A DNA stretch of 63,671 bases, filler included, from Sphacelaria rigidula (Eukaryota), in NCBI GenBank assembly GCA_964200075.2. It is 10 parts of 10 records of this genome, joined end to end, with 100 filler letters (N's around TTAATTAATTAA, not from the genome) between each part and the next. Parts side by side here need not be neighbours in the genome. Positions count along the whole stretch, not along the records: positions 25,513 to 31,789 come from CAXNAA020021052.1; positions 31,890 to 38,166 come from CAXNAA020021053.1; 8 more parts are not named here. The stretch is one strand, 5' to 3'. The position numbers and the translations under genes were made by a program. A model generated the notes under the pieces. That model did no database searches, was not told the origin of the DNA, and saw nothing but the letters and a program-made list of their open reading frames with translations. Position 1 is the first letter of the stretch. The number at the start of each line of letters is the position of its first letter. Shown here one piece after another: positions 25,513 to 37,984 of the stretch.

Positions 25513-25585
25513 GGGGGGGTCTCATAATCTTGCATGGGGGCAGTCACATGACCATTGACCTCGCATCCCTACAAAGCCGCGGGGG
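25513..25585 (-). repeat. Dispersed repeat family A terminus
   Basis: Reverse complement of gtagggatgcgaggtcaatggtcatatgactatggcatgcaagatcatgag seen at ~33110, ~33710 and ~38610. Confidence 0.8.
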
Positions 25586-25605
25586 GGAAAGAAAGAGAGA
25601 CATAC

Positions 25606-25724
25606 CGTTTGCTGCATCGATGTTAGAGGTTGACTGCCAACCGTCGTCCAGCACTAGCCACTTCGGTTTGATGCCCGCGTCGTGCAAGGATCTCAGACCT
25701 TCGAACACCTTCTCGTGATCAACA
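25606..25724 (-). CDS. GH36 raffinose synthase / seed-imbibition (Sip1)-type alpha-galactosidase exon
   Basis: ccag|T GTT...AAC G|gtatgt; VDHEKVFEGLRSLHDAGIKPKWLVLDDGWQS carries the DDGWQ signature. Other exons were not found. Confidence 0.88.
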
Positions 25725-27281
25725 CTGGCCGAAACACACGCGAGAGAAAAACCGACCAAACCAGAAAACGTGTCATCAAGGGGTCAGAGTAGAAGGAAGG
25801 GGGCGGGGGTTATGGAAAAAGTAATTACAAATAACAAGATGACAGTTGTTGTGCGTATCTGTTTGCGCGCATTCTCCAGTCGATCACCCGGTATTCGTTA
25901 GCGGTGCGAAATGCAGGGGTGTAAAAGCTATGTCACTCGTAATATATGCCATGGGTACTCTACTCCGTACAGCACCTCGGGGCGATAAGAATCTCGACCT
26001 CCACTTATGCGAAAAAACATGGTAAACCCGCTGTCAAAGGCTGTGTCACTAGAAGTATGTCGTCGACACTTTTCGGTGAACAGGACCCTACGGACGTGCC
26101 AAGCCTTGCTTGATAGATCAAATCGAGGTGGGGTTTGTTTCGCTTCCCAAATGAGCCTATTAACACTCTCTTTCCGCGTACCATGTTGGATTAGCGGATT
26201 GCTGCTGAGTAAACAAGCAAGGGTCGGACGAGCAATGATTCGTCTGAAAATTGCATCTAATGTGATTAATTTGTAAGGTACGGATTAATCCTTGGGCTCC
26301 GTTTCCAGTGTTGCACCTCAGGCACGCGCACATCCCAGGCTCGTGGGATAGCGCAAAAATTGCGTCGAGACTTTTTTGACCCGCGGTCAACGTTGTTTTC
26401 TGTTTCGAGCAATCACCTTGCTGGCACACCCGCGGTCAAACGGCATCATGTGGCGTCACCATGTGGAACATCACACTGTTGCGGGATCTGCACTTTCGCT
26501 TTTCACACATGTTCCTCGGGTATGTCTGATCTCCGTCACACAAGCGTTCGCGCCCTGGATGCCTCGTCGGAACTTCAAGGTCTGAGGGCCAACCAGCAGG
26601 GGGCTGCAATTTCTTGGTCATTGGGTTTTGGCCTTTTCGATGAGGCTTAATTCCACCCCCAAAAAAAAGTATGGTTGTGACTGTTCGGCGTGTCTTCTGC
26701 GGAACCCGCGGTACGGTCACTACTTGACGAAGAAAAGGGTACGCACGTGAGCATCAAAGGGGTACATGTTTGAACAAAAAGGGTGAGAGATATTTTTTCA
26801 GCAGAGTCGGGTGTACGGTGTACCCTCTTGGTTTACTGACAAAAAAGGGTGCCTTCACAGGTTCTCCTTTCCCGCGCCGTAGTTAAGCCTGATGCCACGT
26901 GTAGGATAAAAGGTCGGGAATGCTGCCCAGGCACCTTGAGCGTGAGGCTGAAGCGCTGAAACATCTTTTCGAGGTGCTCAGCCCGCGTGCAGCGCGGCGC
27001 CCCAAACCGAAAAGTGTGGTACCCCTGTTTGTTTATCCCCCTTTTTCATACCCTCACTATCCTTCGCACTGTATTTCAAAGCACAACTCTGGAAACTAAG
27101 GCACGAAATCCACATTTAGGGCAGTTAGTGCCTCTCTCGTAATATATCAAATTTAGTATAGGATCTTATTCAAGCCATATCCCTCGATATGAAACGAATT
27201 AGATGGAGGGGGGGGTATCGATCGTTTCCTCTTGCCTCAGGGAATGTTCCACACGTCGAATAACTATGAGTTCGATCAGTT

Positions 27282-28335
27282 TTGTGTATAACTCAACCAG
27301 CCGAAAAGGTACCGCTGAGTCATACCGTATAACTCAGTCAGTGGAAAATGCTACCACATAATTATACCGTACAAGTCAGCCAGCGGAAATAGGGACCCCT
27401 GAATTATACGGCATAACTCAGCTAGTGTAAAAAGGTGCCGCTGAGATATATCATACAACTCAGCCAGTAAAAATAGGTACCACTGAGTGATACCGTATAA
27501 CTCAGCCAGTGGAAAAAGTGCGGTATAACTTTGTTAGTGAGAATAAGTACAGCTGGATTATACGGTATACCCAGCCAGTGGAAATGTGTACCCACTGAGT
27601 TATACGACAGTAAGTCAACTCGAGATGAGGTGAGTTGGGTTGTCCGACGTGTGAATCCTCGTGTAAACTGGTCCTCGGTGACCTCGGGACGAACACCGCG
27701 GGCCCTGCTTCGCAAAATACGAGTATTGCTGTCTGACCAGGCCCCTGCTGCTGCTGCTGCTATGGCCCGCTGATAATGCTGCCTCCATCCATTTATCGTT
27801 ACACCCATGACGCCCATGGCGGACGCCATGCGAAACAATCGTGCGTGGAGTGCCGTGTGTCGCACGCACCTCAAATATCTTGTCATTTGTGAAGCGCGTG
27901 GACGCGCGTGTGCGTGCGTGCGTGCTTTTCATTTTTTTGCGTGTAGGTATGGTCGAGATGACAGTCTCAGAACAACAGTACAACAGTACAAGGTACGGAT
28001 GCGCCACACCTGCATCTGTAAATTAACCCGAGTGGCAACGCATACCGCTGCGTTATGCCGTTTAACTCACTCAGTAGGGAAAAGTACCGCTAAGTTTTAC
28101 CGTACAACTCACACAGTGGAGAACGGTACCGCTGAATTACACCGCACAACTCAAGCAAGTAGGAAAGTGCACCACTGAGCTATACCGTACAACTCGGCAA
28201 GTGGAAAAAGGTACTGCAGAGTTATATCGTAAGACTCAGCCAGTGAAGAGAGGCGTCACTGGCTAAAACCGCAGAACAACCAATGGAAGTAGGTACCACT
28301 GCATCATACCGTAGAACTAACTCAGCGCTGAGATA
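27282..28335. repeat. 42-bp tandem array (approx. TATACCGTAYAACTCAGCCAGTGGAAAAAGGTACCRCTGAGT); blocks ~27282-27625 and ~28020-28335
   Basis: aactca-type anchors at 27290, 27331, 27373, 27415, 27457, 27499; both blocks end in gtcractcgag. Confidence 0.9.
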
Positions 28336-28440
28336 CAAAAATGAGTCGACTCGAGCTAATCGCTCGTTTCTCTTCGAGTGAGAATGATGCCGATTCACAA
28401 ATAGACCAACGCTCGCAGTCAAAGGCTTATGGTGAGTTAA

Positions 28441-28538
28441 CCCTTGAATCGCGAGGGTAGTCCATCTGGATCGTGCATACCCTTTCCAAGTGAAATTGAT
28501 CCCGATTCAACGGATGGCCCACTGTCGCCGCCCAAGGG
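28441..28538. mobile_element. piggyBac-like MITE (98 bp)
   Basis: TTAA|CCCTTG...CAAGGG|TTAA; imperfect 26-bp TIR cccttg....gcga..gt.g.ccatc. Confidence 0.75.
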
Positions 28539-29841
28539 TTAAGTTGTCCCATGTATGGACTGTTTACACAAAAAAATCAGCGCCATACGCTGTAAGCATC
28601 CTTCGGAGTTTTGTGTAGACTTCAGTTTCGAGGTATCTCCGTCCGTCACGGTATTTACTCGTTATGGCGTCTAGTCAACGAGGAAGCGTTGTATTTAACC
28701 GGGCTGTCAAGCAGATGGGCATCTGCCCCTTGAGTAGAAGCTTTACCAGATATGCGAATCACAGCTCTCATTTCGTCTGTGTCGATGAGATATAGATGCG
28801 ACAGCTCGACGACTTCACCCCAGGGGTAGGCGATCTGTTGAGTCGGCATCACCTTGCCTTATTTTTCAAGTAGAAGTCAGAGGCTGGTATCAATATACCC
28901 CTATCCTGTACGAGCTGGGCCAGCCTAGAAACGGATTCAAGCTCTCAAAGCAATATCTCATCGATACAGACCAGTTGGGCCGTGATCCGCACATCGTATC
29001 AATCGTCTAACCAAGGGGAAGGTGCCCATCTGCTCAAAAATATGGGCCAATATTTTCTCGTTGATTAAACCCCATGTCTAGTGATTCCTATACCGTATGG
29101 AGATGGCGTCCACACTAAAATCTACATCAAACCCCGAACGATACACACAGCGGATGATGATGATTTTCGATGCGGATCTTCCCTGGAGCACGGGAAGACG
29201 ATCGATACCCTCACCTTCACCTAATTCGCAATCTATCTCGAGATATGGCGCACATAATGTTACATACTAAAATCGATATATTACGAGCAGAAGGATTATA
29301 CGCCCTAAATCTGGATATCGCGTGTCAGTTTTTGAGACTTGTGCTATGAATTTTCGTATGGAGAGCCGGTAGTGCATAATGAGATGGATAAAGTAGCTTT
29401 TCACATTTCTTTCGTTTATTTTTCATTTTCTTTCGTGTTTTTAGGGGCCTTTTGAGGAGAAATGAACATTGCTGGTAGGCCTTATCTCAATTTTATATCT
29501 CAATTTTTAGAACTGTGATTTGAAAGTTAGCATGGAGAACCACAGAGGTATACTGAAAAAAAAAAAAATGCGTCTTGATTTTGTTTTGGAGAGTTTCGGG
29601 CATTCTCGTGAGAAAATAGTCGTCACCATACTAAAATGCCCTAAACCAGTGAAAATAACAAATCAAAATCAACCTGATCCATTTTTCTTGGTTCATCATG
29701 ACCTAGCGGGGTCCCCCATAAAGTTTCAATACACAGTGGGCCGGTGAAACGGCCTGCAAAATAATGTTCCGAATCTCCACTGGCCCAGGTTTTGAAAGGC
29801 GAATTTGCAAGTTTTTACTTGGAGTTGGACACTGAAAGTTG

Positions 29842-30430
29842 CAAGGTTGTGTTCTGTAGGGTACGGTTTTCTGTATACTCGGGGCATTTTGCCGGGTATT
29901 TACGGTAGCCGACAATTCTATGACTTTTGTAAGGCTTCCACACCGGTACCCGACAGTTCTGTAATCTCTGTAAGACTTTCATACCCTTACCCGATAGTTT
30001 TGTAATCTCTGTAAGACTCCCGTACCGTTACCGGGGGGCACGGGTACGCTCTTGATAATATACCCGACTGCGGGTACGGTTTTTGTGCAACCTTCATACC
30101 GTACCCGCCTCCCATACCCTTACCCGACAGTTCTGTGAGTTCTGAACACAATGCTTACCCGTACCTGGAGCGCGGGTATGCTCTTGAAGAAATACCCGAT
30201 TGCCGGTACCGGTTTTCTGTAAGCCTCCTATACCGCACCCGACAAGCTCTGTAATTTCTGTAAGACTTTCATCCAGTACTGGTACCCGACAGTTCTGTGA
30301 GCTCTAGAAGTCTCCCATACCCCTACTCGGGGTTCGGGTATACCGTTATAGCTATATCAGATTGCGGGCATGAGCACAGGTATAAACTTTGGGGAGGTAC
30401 CGATATAGGTTCAATCTAAACACAACCTCA
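29842..30430. mobile_element. Non-autonomous DNA element with CAAGGTTGTGTT termini and internal 41-bp TACCCGACAGTTCTGT repeats; related element at 39965-40328
   Basis: Anchors at 29906, 29947, 29988, 30029. The TIR caaggttgtgtt/aacacaaccttg is perfect at 39965-40328 and degenerate here; no TSD seen. Confidence 0.65.
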
Positions 30431-32281
30431 TGACTTGAACATGTATGTCTCATCGATTAACCCACACAAATCCTTCATTCAAAACTGCACACGAACAATA
30501 ATTTAATCTTGAAAAGTTCTTTCGTTTGGAATCTAACGAGATACAAAGTACCGCTGAGTGGGAACACGAAACATGATTAGCCCTGCAGACCGTCACGATG
30601 GATCGCCCCCAGACTCGCGAGTGGTGGCTCAAGCGGGGGTGGTTCATTTGCACCACCAGAGAATCAAGTAGCAAGACGCACGCCATCGACGTTGATGGCG
30701 GTTGTGTCGTGGTAATCAAACCCCAGGCCGTTATCGACATGTACAGCACAGAGTACATGAGCTGCCACCGAAAGTCGTCAAAGCCGTCAGCGATTTTGTC
30801 GCGTGCCGAAGGGCTTCCAGAGAACGGGCAGCGGTGAATGTTCCTTCATGAACTCTCTGGGAGTGTACTCGTACGAAGCCGGCAGATGTTGACCATCCCA
30901 TGCACATGTACTACTTCGATTGTTCGTGTAGTCTGTCTCTATCAACCCCGTGAAAGCCATTCAGAGTTTCCGTGAACTGTCTTCTGTATTTCGCCACTGT
31001 TGTAGTGACGTAGGTCCCGCCACAGGGGTGATGATAATCCCAAGAAGGTCGTGTTCTGTAAGGTATGGTATATTCGTGAGATGACCAGGGTGGTCAGTAA
31101 GATACACCTTGTCAGGATAAGGTACAGTAGTCTAGTGACATACCTGTTTGAGTTCCGGGTACTACGCGGGATGACTTTATTCTGTGATGGTAGCGACTGG
31201 ACATACGTGAGTGCATGTGTTTGCCTTGCTTGAGATCGTAGCCCCCTACGATCACGCTCCCTTTCTTCTTCCCCTTTCATCTAACGAAGCTGTATATATA
31301 CTTCACCACATCCTGATCGGCAGTCAGCCATGTCCACTGATCGACCATCACAGTCGTGTCCACTGATCGACTATCGCAGTCGAATCTGCACCCCATCCTC
31401 TCACGGGGGTCACGAAGCTACAAACACTATAGCGCCCTACCCAACTTGTGAGCTCTGTGGCCCAAGTGAAGATGGCAGACTGGATCATCCTCGCGGAGAC
31501 ACACTCGGCTGTCATGGGAGACACGTTGTCTCTGGCGGAAAGATCAGAAGTGAAGGGGAATGTCGCCAGCTTGCAAGGATCGGTGACGGGAATTACCGAG
31601 CAGCTAGCGTAGCTGAGGATGATGATGTCCCAATTAGATCGCGGGACATCGTCCACTGGCCCTGGAGCGGACGGAGAGGGAGAGTCAGGCGACGGGAGGC
31701 ACACCGTCGCCGGTGCCGGAACAGGAAGAGTCCGGTTGCCACACGGAGGAGGGATTGGATCAGGCCCTCTCCAAGGATCCATGAGGTTANNNNNNNNNNN
31801 NNNNNNNNNNNNNNNNNNNNNNNNNNNNNNNNNTTAATTAATTAANNNNNNNNNNNNNNNNNNNNNNNNNNNNNNNNNNNNNNNNNNNNGTCTCGACGTT
31901 TTCACTTTTTGTTTTGGTCATTTAATGCTGCTGCCCAACACAAGCTGAATTGACGTGATACTCCTTTCCGTTTTTGGTTTTGGTCTTCCATGTTTTGGAC
32001 CGATGGCGGGAGTTAGGTGAAAAATTGAACAAGCGAAAACCCTCGGATCGTGAGACGATTGCAATCAACCGACATTGCTGTGTATCGCTGACAGAGCTTT
32101 TTGTCGTAGGAACCAACACTGGGGGAGTATTCAATATTGGCTATTCACACCAATATCCAAAGACGGATTCATCCATTAATCCGATCCCAAACTCTCGTTT
32201 CTAACCCTAACTCCAAAGACAAGAAACGAATACCACCGAAAGCGAGAGGTGTATGTTCGAATTCAATCGAGATTATTGGAA

Positions 32282-32649
32282 ATATAACAGGGGATTCTAT
32301 TGAATGAGATTGATCAATGAGATGAGGTCTGAGGAGGCTAGCCAGTATGCGACAAAACCCTGAGGGAAGTACCGTCCGCAAGTGCCTTCGATCATTTTCG
32401 GGGGGGGGGGGGGAGGGAGCGTACTCATTTGTTGCTTGCCTTAGTCGTTTGACTGTTGACCTTTCGAGACAGGGCGTGGTCAATGGTCAAACGACGAAGG
32501 CAAGCAACAAGTGAGTACGCCCCACCCCCCCGAAAATCATCGAAGGCACTTGCGGACGGTACTTCCCTCGGGTTTTCGTCGCACACTGGCTAGCCTCCTC
32601 AGACCTCATCTCATTGATCAACCTCATTTTATAGAATCCCCTGTTATAT
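32282..32649. repeat. Long near-perfect palindrome (~180/172-bp arms, 16-nt loop); foldback/MITE-like
   Basis: 32282-32461 vs 32478-32649, e.g. gatcaatgagatgaggtctgaggaggctagccagt / actggctagcctcctcagacctcatctcattgatc. Confidence 0.93.
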
Positions 32650-32728
32650 GTCGTTTTCATCACTGGAGGCACCGTCGCTCCCATCCTTACTGACTTTCTG
32701 GATGGCTGCATCATGTCACTCTGAGCAG

Positions 32729-32799
32729 CGCCACGATACCTTTGTTAGTCGGAGTTTCAAAGTGCATCGGAGATGATACCGATGCATGCTCATCTCTAG
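32729..32799 (+). CDS. Possible upstream lipoxygenase exon
   Basis: gcag|C...G|gtaagc with one open frame (ATIPLLVGVSKCIGDDTDACSSL); no diagnostic motif. Confidence 0.3.
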
Positions 32800-32879
32800 G
32801 TAAGCGAGTCCATTGAAAATCCGCTGAGCCCCCCCCCTACCCCCTCCACCTTCCCTCGCGACACGCCCTGCGGAGATAT

Positions 32880-33780
32880 ATCAGAGAGCAGAAAGGTGGG
32901 GCCTGACGCGATACCAGACAAGGAAGCAACTCATATGAGGCTGTCGTCCCAAACAAGATTATGAGTACGTTTCGGGCCGAGCAGTCTTAGCAGGATGCAG
33001 CTCACCCTTCATGCGATTCGACGAAGACACCACTGCGCTTCACGCTTGGTGATTGATTGCGAGCCTGTTCCGGCGAAAACACGGCGTGGTCCGTCCCGAC
33101 TTTGTAGGGATGCGGGGTCAATGGTATTTAGACTATGGCATGCAAGATCATGAGTACACCACCCCGTCTGCCCCCTACCCTCCTGAGTACACCCTTCTGA
33201 GTACACCCTACCGTCCTTCAGCCTGGTCCGGCAAAAACCCGGCGTGTTCCGTCCCGGCATTGTAGGGACGCACCGATATGGCGTCGGTTGGTAATGACGT
33301 TGTAAAACACACCACTCACGGCGTGAGCTAGGTAACCCGGTTACCGTATTATCGCGCGCTTGCGTTGGTTTGAACTAACCATGGTGGTAGTCGAGCTGGA
33401 TCATATTGTGCGGGGTAGGAGAATCTCTATTCCGCCTAAAGGGGATGATCATACGACGTAATCTTCAATGGTGAGACATCCATGAGGCAGTGTGCAAGTC
33501 GTGGCTGTCTTTGAAAGTGGCGATAAGAGAGGAGCAAGCAACGCATTGGAGGCTGTCATACAATTGCAAGATAATCAGTATCCTTTGTGCCGAACAGCCT
33601 CAGCAGAATGCAGGTTGCCCTTCACGCGACACATCACGTGTTCCGCGCTCGATGATTGATTGCGAGCCTGATCCGGCGAAACCCCGGTGTGCCCCACCCC
33701 GGCTTTGTAGGGATGCGAAGTCAATGGTCATATGACTATGGCATGCAAGATCATGAGTATACACTCCCATCCCCCTCCCC
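32880..33780 (+). repeat. Dispersed repeat family A, two copies plus a fragment; further copy at 38290-38680
   Basis: Shared ~300-380 bp unit (gaggctgtc...gtgattgattgcgagcctg...gggatgcgaggtcaatggtc...atgagtacaccccc). Confidence 0.85.
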
Positions 33781-34133
33781 TCCGCGCGCGCGCGCATCCA
33801 TTTCTGCTGAATGCTGCCACAGCACCAGGGCATGTGAGTTTGTCTGACAAGGCAAGGCTTGTTATTGATAGTATAGGCGAAGTACTCGTAGGAAGATACG
33901 ATATCTAATCGTCATGGAACCTCCATCTGGAATACCCACATCCAAGAAGGAGGATGCACGATAGTGCAACGCTCCCTAGGAAGAAGATATTGATATATCA
34001 CCCACGCTTGACCTACCGCATCGGTGGCAATAATGATGCGCCCTGTCAAGGGTGCATGGAAGTTAGTCCAACAGCCAACCTACACGAACACGATTGCCTT
34101 CCTCGATCTTTCCCTATTCTATGCACGAATCAG

Positions 34134-34238
34134 GCTCGCGGTGTGACAAAGGACGAGTTCCCCGGCTATTACCCTTTCCGGGAGTACAGTACCAAGTACT
34201 GGGAGGCTACGCACACCTGGGTCAAGGATTACCTCGAT
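34134..34238 (+). CDS. LOX: Lipoxygenase exon
   Basis: atcag|GCT; ARGVTKDEFPGYYPFREYSTKYWEATHTWVKDYLD|gtacgt, matching the LOX RG...YP...W..WV..Y region. Confidence 0.9.
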
Positions 34239-34936
34239 GTACGTCCCGCTCGAAAGAACTGATGCAAGTGTGGCAGTTCTTTCCGCTTGTGTCAAGGGAG
34301 TCTATGCATCGTTGCTGGACAACATCCGATTGCACTCGGTGGAAATGAAAACGGACCTTTAATTGTGCGCGTGGAAATCATGCAATCACGAGCGGTACCA
34401 AAAGTATCCTAGACACGGAAGGAACAGGCATCAGCAGATCTTGCGTCGTACGAACGCTTTCGTGTGAAGGTGCCGATTCATCACAAGCTCGTGTTCAACG
34501 CATTGGGTCGATCGAGAGCCCGCTTTCGATCCGGGCGCAGTTTACGGGGTTGAGACGGTGGTCTACTACGTGTCTATAGGGAATCATTGCGCCGACCGCA
34601 TTGCTCAGGGTTTGTGTGGTACGGGTTTTATTGGCATCTTGTACTCTTGCATGCGGCAGAGGGGCGCTCATGTGCCTTGTTTTTGAGGGTTGGCTAATGT
34701 CGTGACATCGCTAGTACTAATGGAAGAGGCGGCGGGTCTGCTTCTTAATTCTAATCTTCGCGTTGTAGTGACCCGTGTGTTAATACCCTCGGTCAGAAGA
34801 TAAATGAACCGCAGGTCAGGTGTGCCTCAGTATTTGCAGGGCCGGATCTTTCAAACCTCTTCTTTCCCCAGCATTTTTGCCGTCCGAATCCTGCTCCTAC
34901 TTTGTTTCCGCGTGTCGTTGTCTTTTTATCGAGCAG

Positions 34937-34984
34937 ATCTACTACACAAGTGAAGCTGCTATCGAGGGAGACTACGAACTCAAG
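34937..34984 (+). CDS. LOX: Lipoxygenase exon
   Basis: gcag|ATC; IYYTSEAAIEGDYELK|gtgaag (YY...D-EL motif). Confidence 0.9.
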
Positions 34985-35350
34985 GTGAAGGGCGAAGCTC
35001 ATGGGTTGTGTCCACTACTCCGTTTCCATGTTCAGGGTGCAGTGTTAATGCCCCAGTTATCGTGACATATTAAATGCCCCAGTTATCGTGACCTCTTAAT
35101 TCGATGAAATTTGTACGAAATCATTTTCCAAGACAAACGTCCTCACATCTGTTTACTTGAAGTACGGAGTGACAGTCTTCAGCTCGGGGCAACCTTCTAC
35201 ATACATGTGCAGGATAAAATATGTGCTAACCATTTCCGTGAACGTTGTCTAGCCTTCAGATCATTATCAGTGCGCCCCAGCTTGTCTGGGCTAGTTGTTT
35301 GTAGGTTGAGACGAACGCAACCGTTTTTTCCCTTGCCCTCGAGCGCGTAG

Positions 35351-35440
35351 GCTTTCGTGGACGAGATGGTGGAAATCGCGCAGTTCAAATGGCTGTCCGA
35401 GTTTTACCACACTAGTCACAAGCGCGAACTCATAGCCAAG
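35351..35440 (+). CDS. LOX: Lipoxygenase exon
   Basis: gtag|GCT; AFVDEMVEIAQFKWLSEFYHTSHKRELIAK|gtgagt. Confidence 0.88.
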
Positions 35441-35649
35441 GTGAGTCGTCCTGCGCTATCTGAGGGACCGTAGTTATTCAGGCGAGCCACGAGTACGATC
35501 ATTTTCACGTGAGTCACGAGAAGCCGACGGTCCCGTGGAGTAGCATGACCCCTTTCGCCCGACCGGTACCACATTACCGTGACAACAGGAGAGACCTGCA
35601 CCGACTAAGAAGGCGCCTGCAGCTGTTCCGGTTCTTGGGCTGGGAAGGA

Positions 35650-35920
35650 GACACTTTCTACAATAGCCCCCCCCCCCCCCCCGAAAAAAAAAGAAAAAGC
35701 AGCCCAAAACTATTACGAAGAAAACGATCATGCAGCGCCTCATGTTTGGTTTCAGGCTGCGTGAAGCGCCTCATATGGGCGGCATGGGCGAAACCGAACC
35801 CAAGCGTAGGAATTCCCAGCTGCTCGTTGTGCCCAGCTTTTTTCATTTCGATTTATGTGTAGATTTTTCCGCCCCGAACCAGCCACTTTCTGTGGGGAGG
35901 GGGCTATCGTAGAAAGTGTC
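35650..35920. mobile_element. MITE with GAC...GTC termini and a perfect 4-bp TSD (AGGA), in a LOX intron
   Basis: TIR gacactttctacaatagccccc / gggggctatcgtagaaagtgtc; agga on both flanks. Confidence 0.9.
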
Positions 35921-36528
35921 AGGACTACTAAGGGGAAAACGAATCGTGGGGTTCTGTTCATTGATTTCTGGGACGTGGGCATCAACCCATGTTACTCCGC
36001 TGGACGATCGACGTTGAGTCCACTATGAATAGTGCTATTTGGACCGCGGCGCCGTGCAGTGTAAAGTCATATTCTTGTCTCAACAAGACACACCTCAACC
36101 TATGAAGAGGACGGCAACATATACGATCTGAATCGTATAGTGTGTGCAACTAAACTATAAGTCCATTACTTGAAGAAATGTGGTGCCTGGATGTGAGATT
36201 TTACATGAAGGTGTTGCCTGTTGTTATTTCGTCGAACGTACTGTAGACAACTAGGAGCACATCGGCGGGTCACCAAGCTGCAACTTACGATTCTTATCAT
36301 GTCATCAATATGACCCTTCACGCGAATTTGGCTGTGGCCATACATCAATTAAGTTGTGATCGCATACTATTCATGACAATGAGCCGCCAATCTTTTCCCA
36401 GTTTCGGTCATTTTTTGGAGCGTAGTTTTACAGAAGACAGGTTTGAGTCATTTCTTCGTTTTCAAAATGTACCAGATCCCACAGCTCGAGACACTCTCGC
36501 TGACACCACCGTTCAACCACTGACTTAG

Positions 36529-36590
36529 GTGCTGGCGTCTCTCATCCACACCGCCAGCACGCATCATGCTGCAGTCAACTTCCCACAAAG
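36529..36590 (+). CDS. LOX: Lipoxygenase exon with iron ligands (HAAVNF)
   Basis: ttag|GTG; VLASLIHTASTHHAAVNFPQ-AG|gtattt. Confidence 0.95.
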
Positions 36591-37306
36591 GTATTTATGA
36601 TAAGAAAAAAGGATCACTTGAGGGGGGCAAGAGTAGGGGAGGCCAGGAGTGAGTGTATTTCGCAAGCTTGAAGATACACACGTTCTGAGGGCATTTCTAC
36701 TACCTCACGGTGTATTCCCGGAAAAAAGCGATTCCCATATTGTGGTGCGTAAGGGGGAACGGTTGCTTTTGTTCCACAGGACTAGAGTCACCATCTTGTT
36801 ACTGATGTGAAGTGTACAGCAACTCATGATGCTTGTAACTCTCGATGCGATGCCGTTATACCGTACCGGGCTGGCAATCCTCTTCACCACGACACAGGAC
36901 CCTTGATCTTTGTCTCCTATTTGTTGGTTTCGTTAGGTATCCCTCCTTTGCACAATTATACAATACTGATCTCAGTCGCGTCACTTTTACTGCTCAAAAA
37001 GGCATCCGTATTGCTCGGACCCCCAGTCGCGATATGAGATGATGGAATGTTCTCATACACCTGATGGATGGAGAAATTTGGTCACTAAAGTGTGGGCACG
37101 GAAGGCATCCCGCCGCCATGTCGTTTGCGGCGAGCTTTGAAGGGCTAATTATCGTTATTTCTTCGTGTTTTATCGTCGTCGTCGTCGTCGTTGTTGTTGT
37201 TGTTGTTGTGTTGTTTGATGACACGGACTCAATCGCTACTTTGCGCGCCGCTCTATCCTCCCATCTCCGGTGCTGCCTACACCCGGGTCTAAATTACGAT
37301 ATACAG

Positions 37307-37370
37307 GACGCAGATGTCGTACGTACCATCAGCACCAGCCTCGGTGTACGCCAAGCCACCTACCGACAAG
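37307..37370 (+). CDS. LOX: Lipoxygenase exon
   Basis: tacag|G ACG; TQMSYVPSAPASVYAKPPTDK|gtaggg; phase 2 matches the previous exon. Confidence 0.9.
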
Positions 37371-37538
37371 GTAGGGATGTCTTGGATGAGCATTTGACAC
37401 AGCCATGTGTCGGGTAGTCAATTGTAGATCATCAAACCTCCTACGCAGTAGCAGAGACCGAAGTCGTGCTGATGTCCAAATTTGGGTTTTTCAATATCGA
37501 CATACCTTTCGACTCTGCCCGGTTATACGTGCGTGCAG

Positions 37539-37623
37539 AGCGAGAGGACTTTCAACGACTATCTGGACTACTTGCCCCCGCTGGAGATTGCCGCTCGCCA
37601 GACCATTCTCATGAGTCTTCTGG
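37539..37623 (+). CDS. LOX: Lipoxygenase exon
   Basis: tgcag|AGC; SERTFNDYLDYLPPLEIAARQTILMSLL-G|gtaacg; the gene continues beyond the contig. Confidence 0.88.
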
Positions 37624-37984
37624 GTAACGTTTACCACACAAAGTGAGTGATTTCCGCGTACTGTTGACGGAAAGTGTATACGTGCATTTGTTTTGGTGAT
37701 GTGTATAGATCATGACCTGTAGTTTCTTGGGAATATTTGCCACCAGAAAAATGCTTGCCGCGATGATGCCATCAATTCGATCGGTAGTCGGTTTACAGCG
37801 ACTGTGAAGCTTCTGGTTATCCTCCATACTGGTAGAGGCCCTGAGTCCGCTCGAAAGCTCAGATGACGCAATTGGTTCTTCTGCACAACAAGCAGCACCT
37901 TTGACTGACGACTTCGTCCTGCAACAGCATCGCTGGTTAAGCACTCCAGAGGGACTCCCTGTTGTGTGTGTTGGGGGGGAGAGA

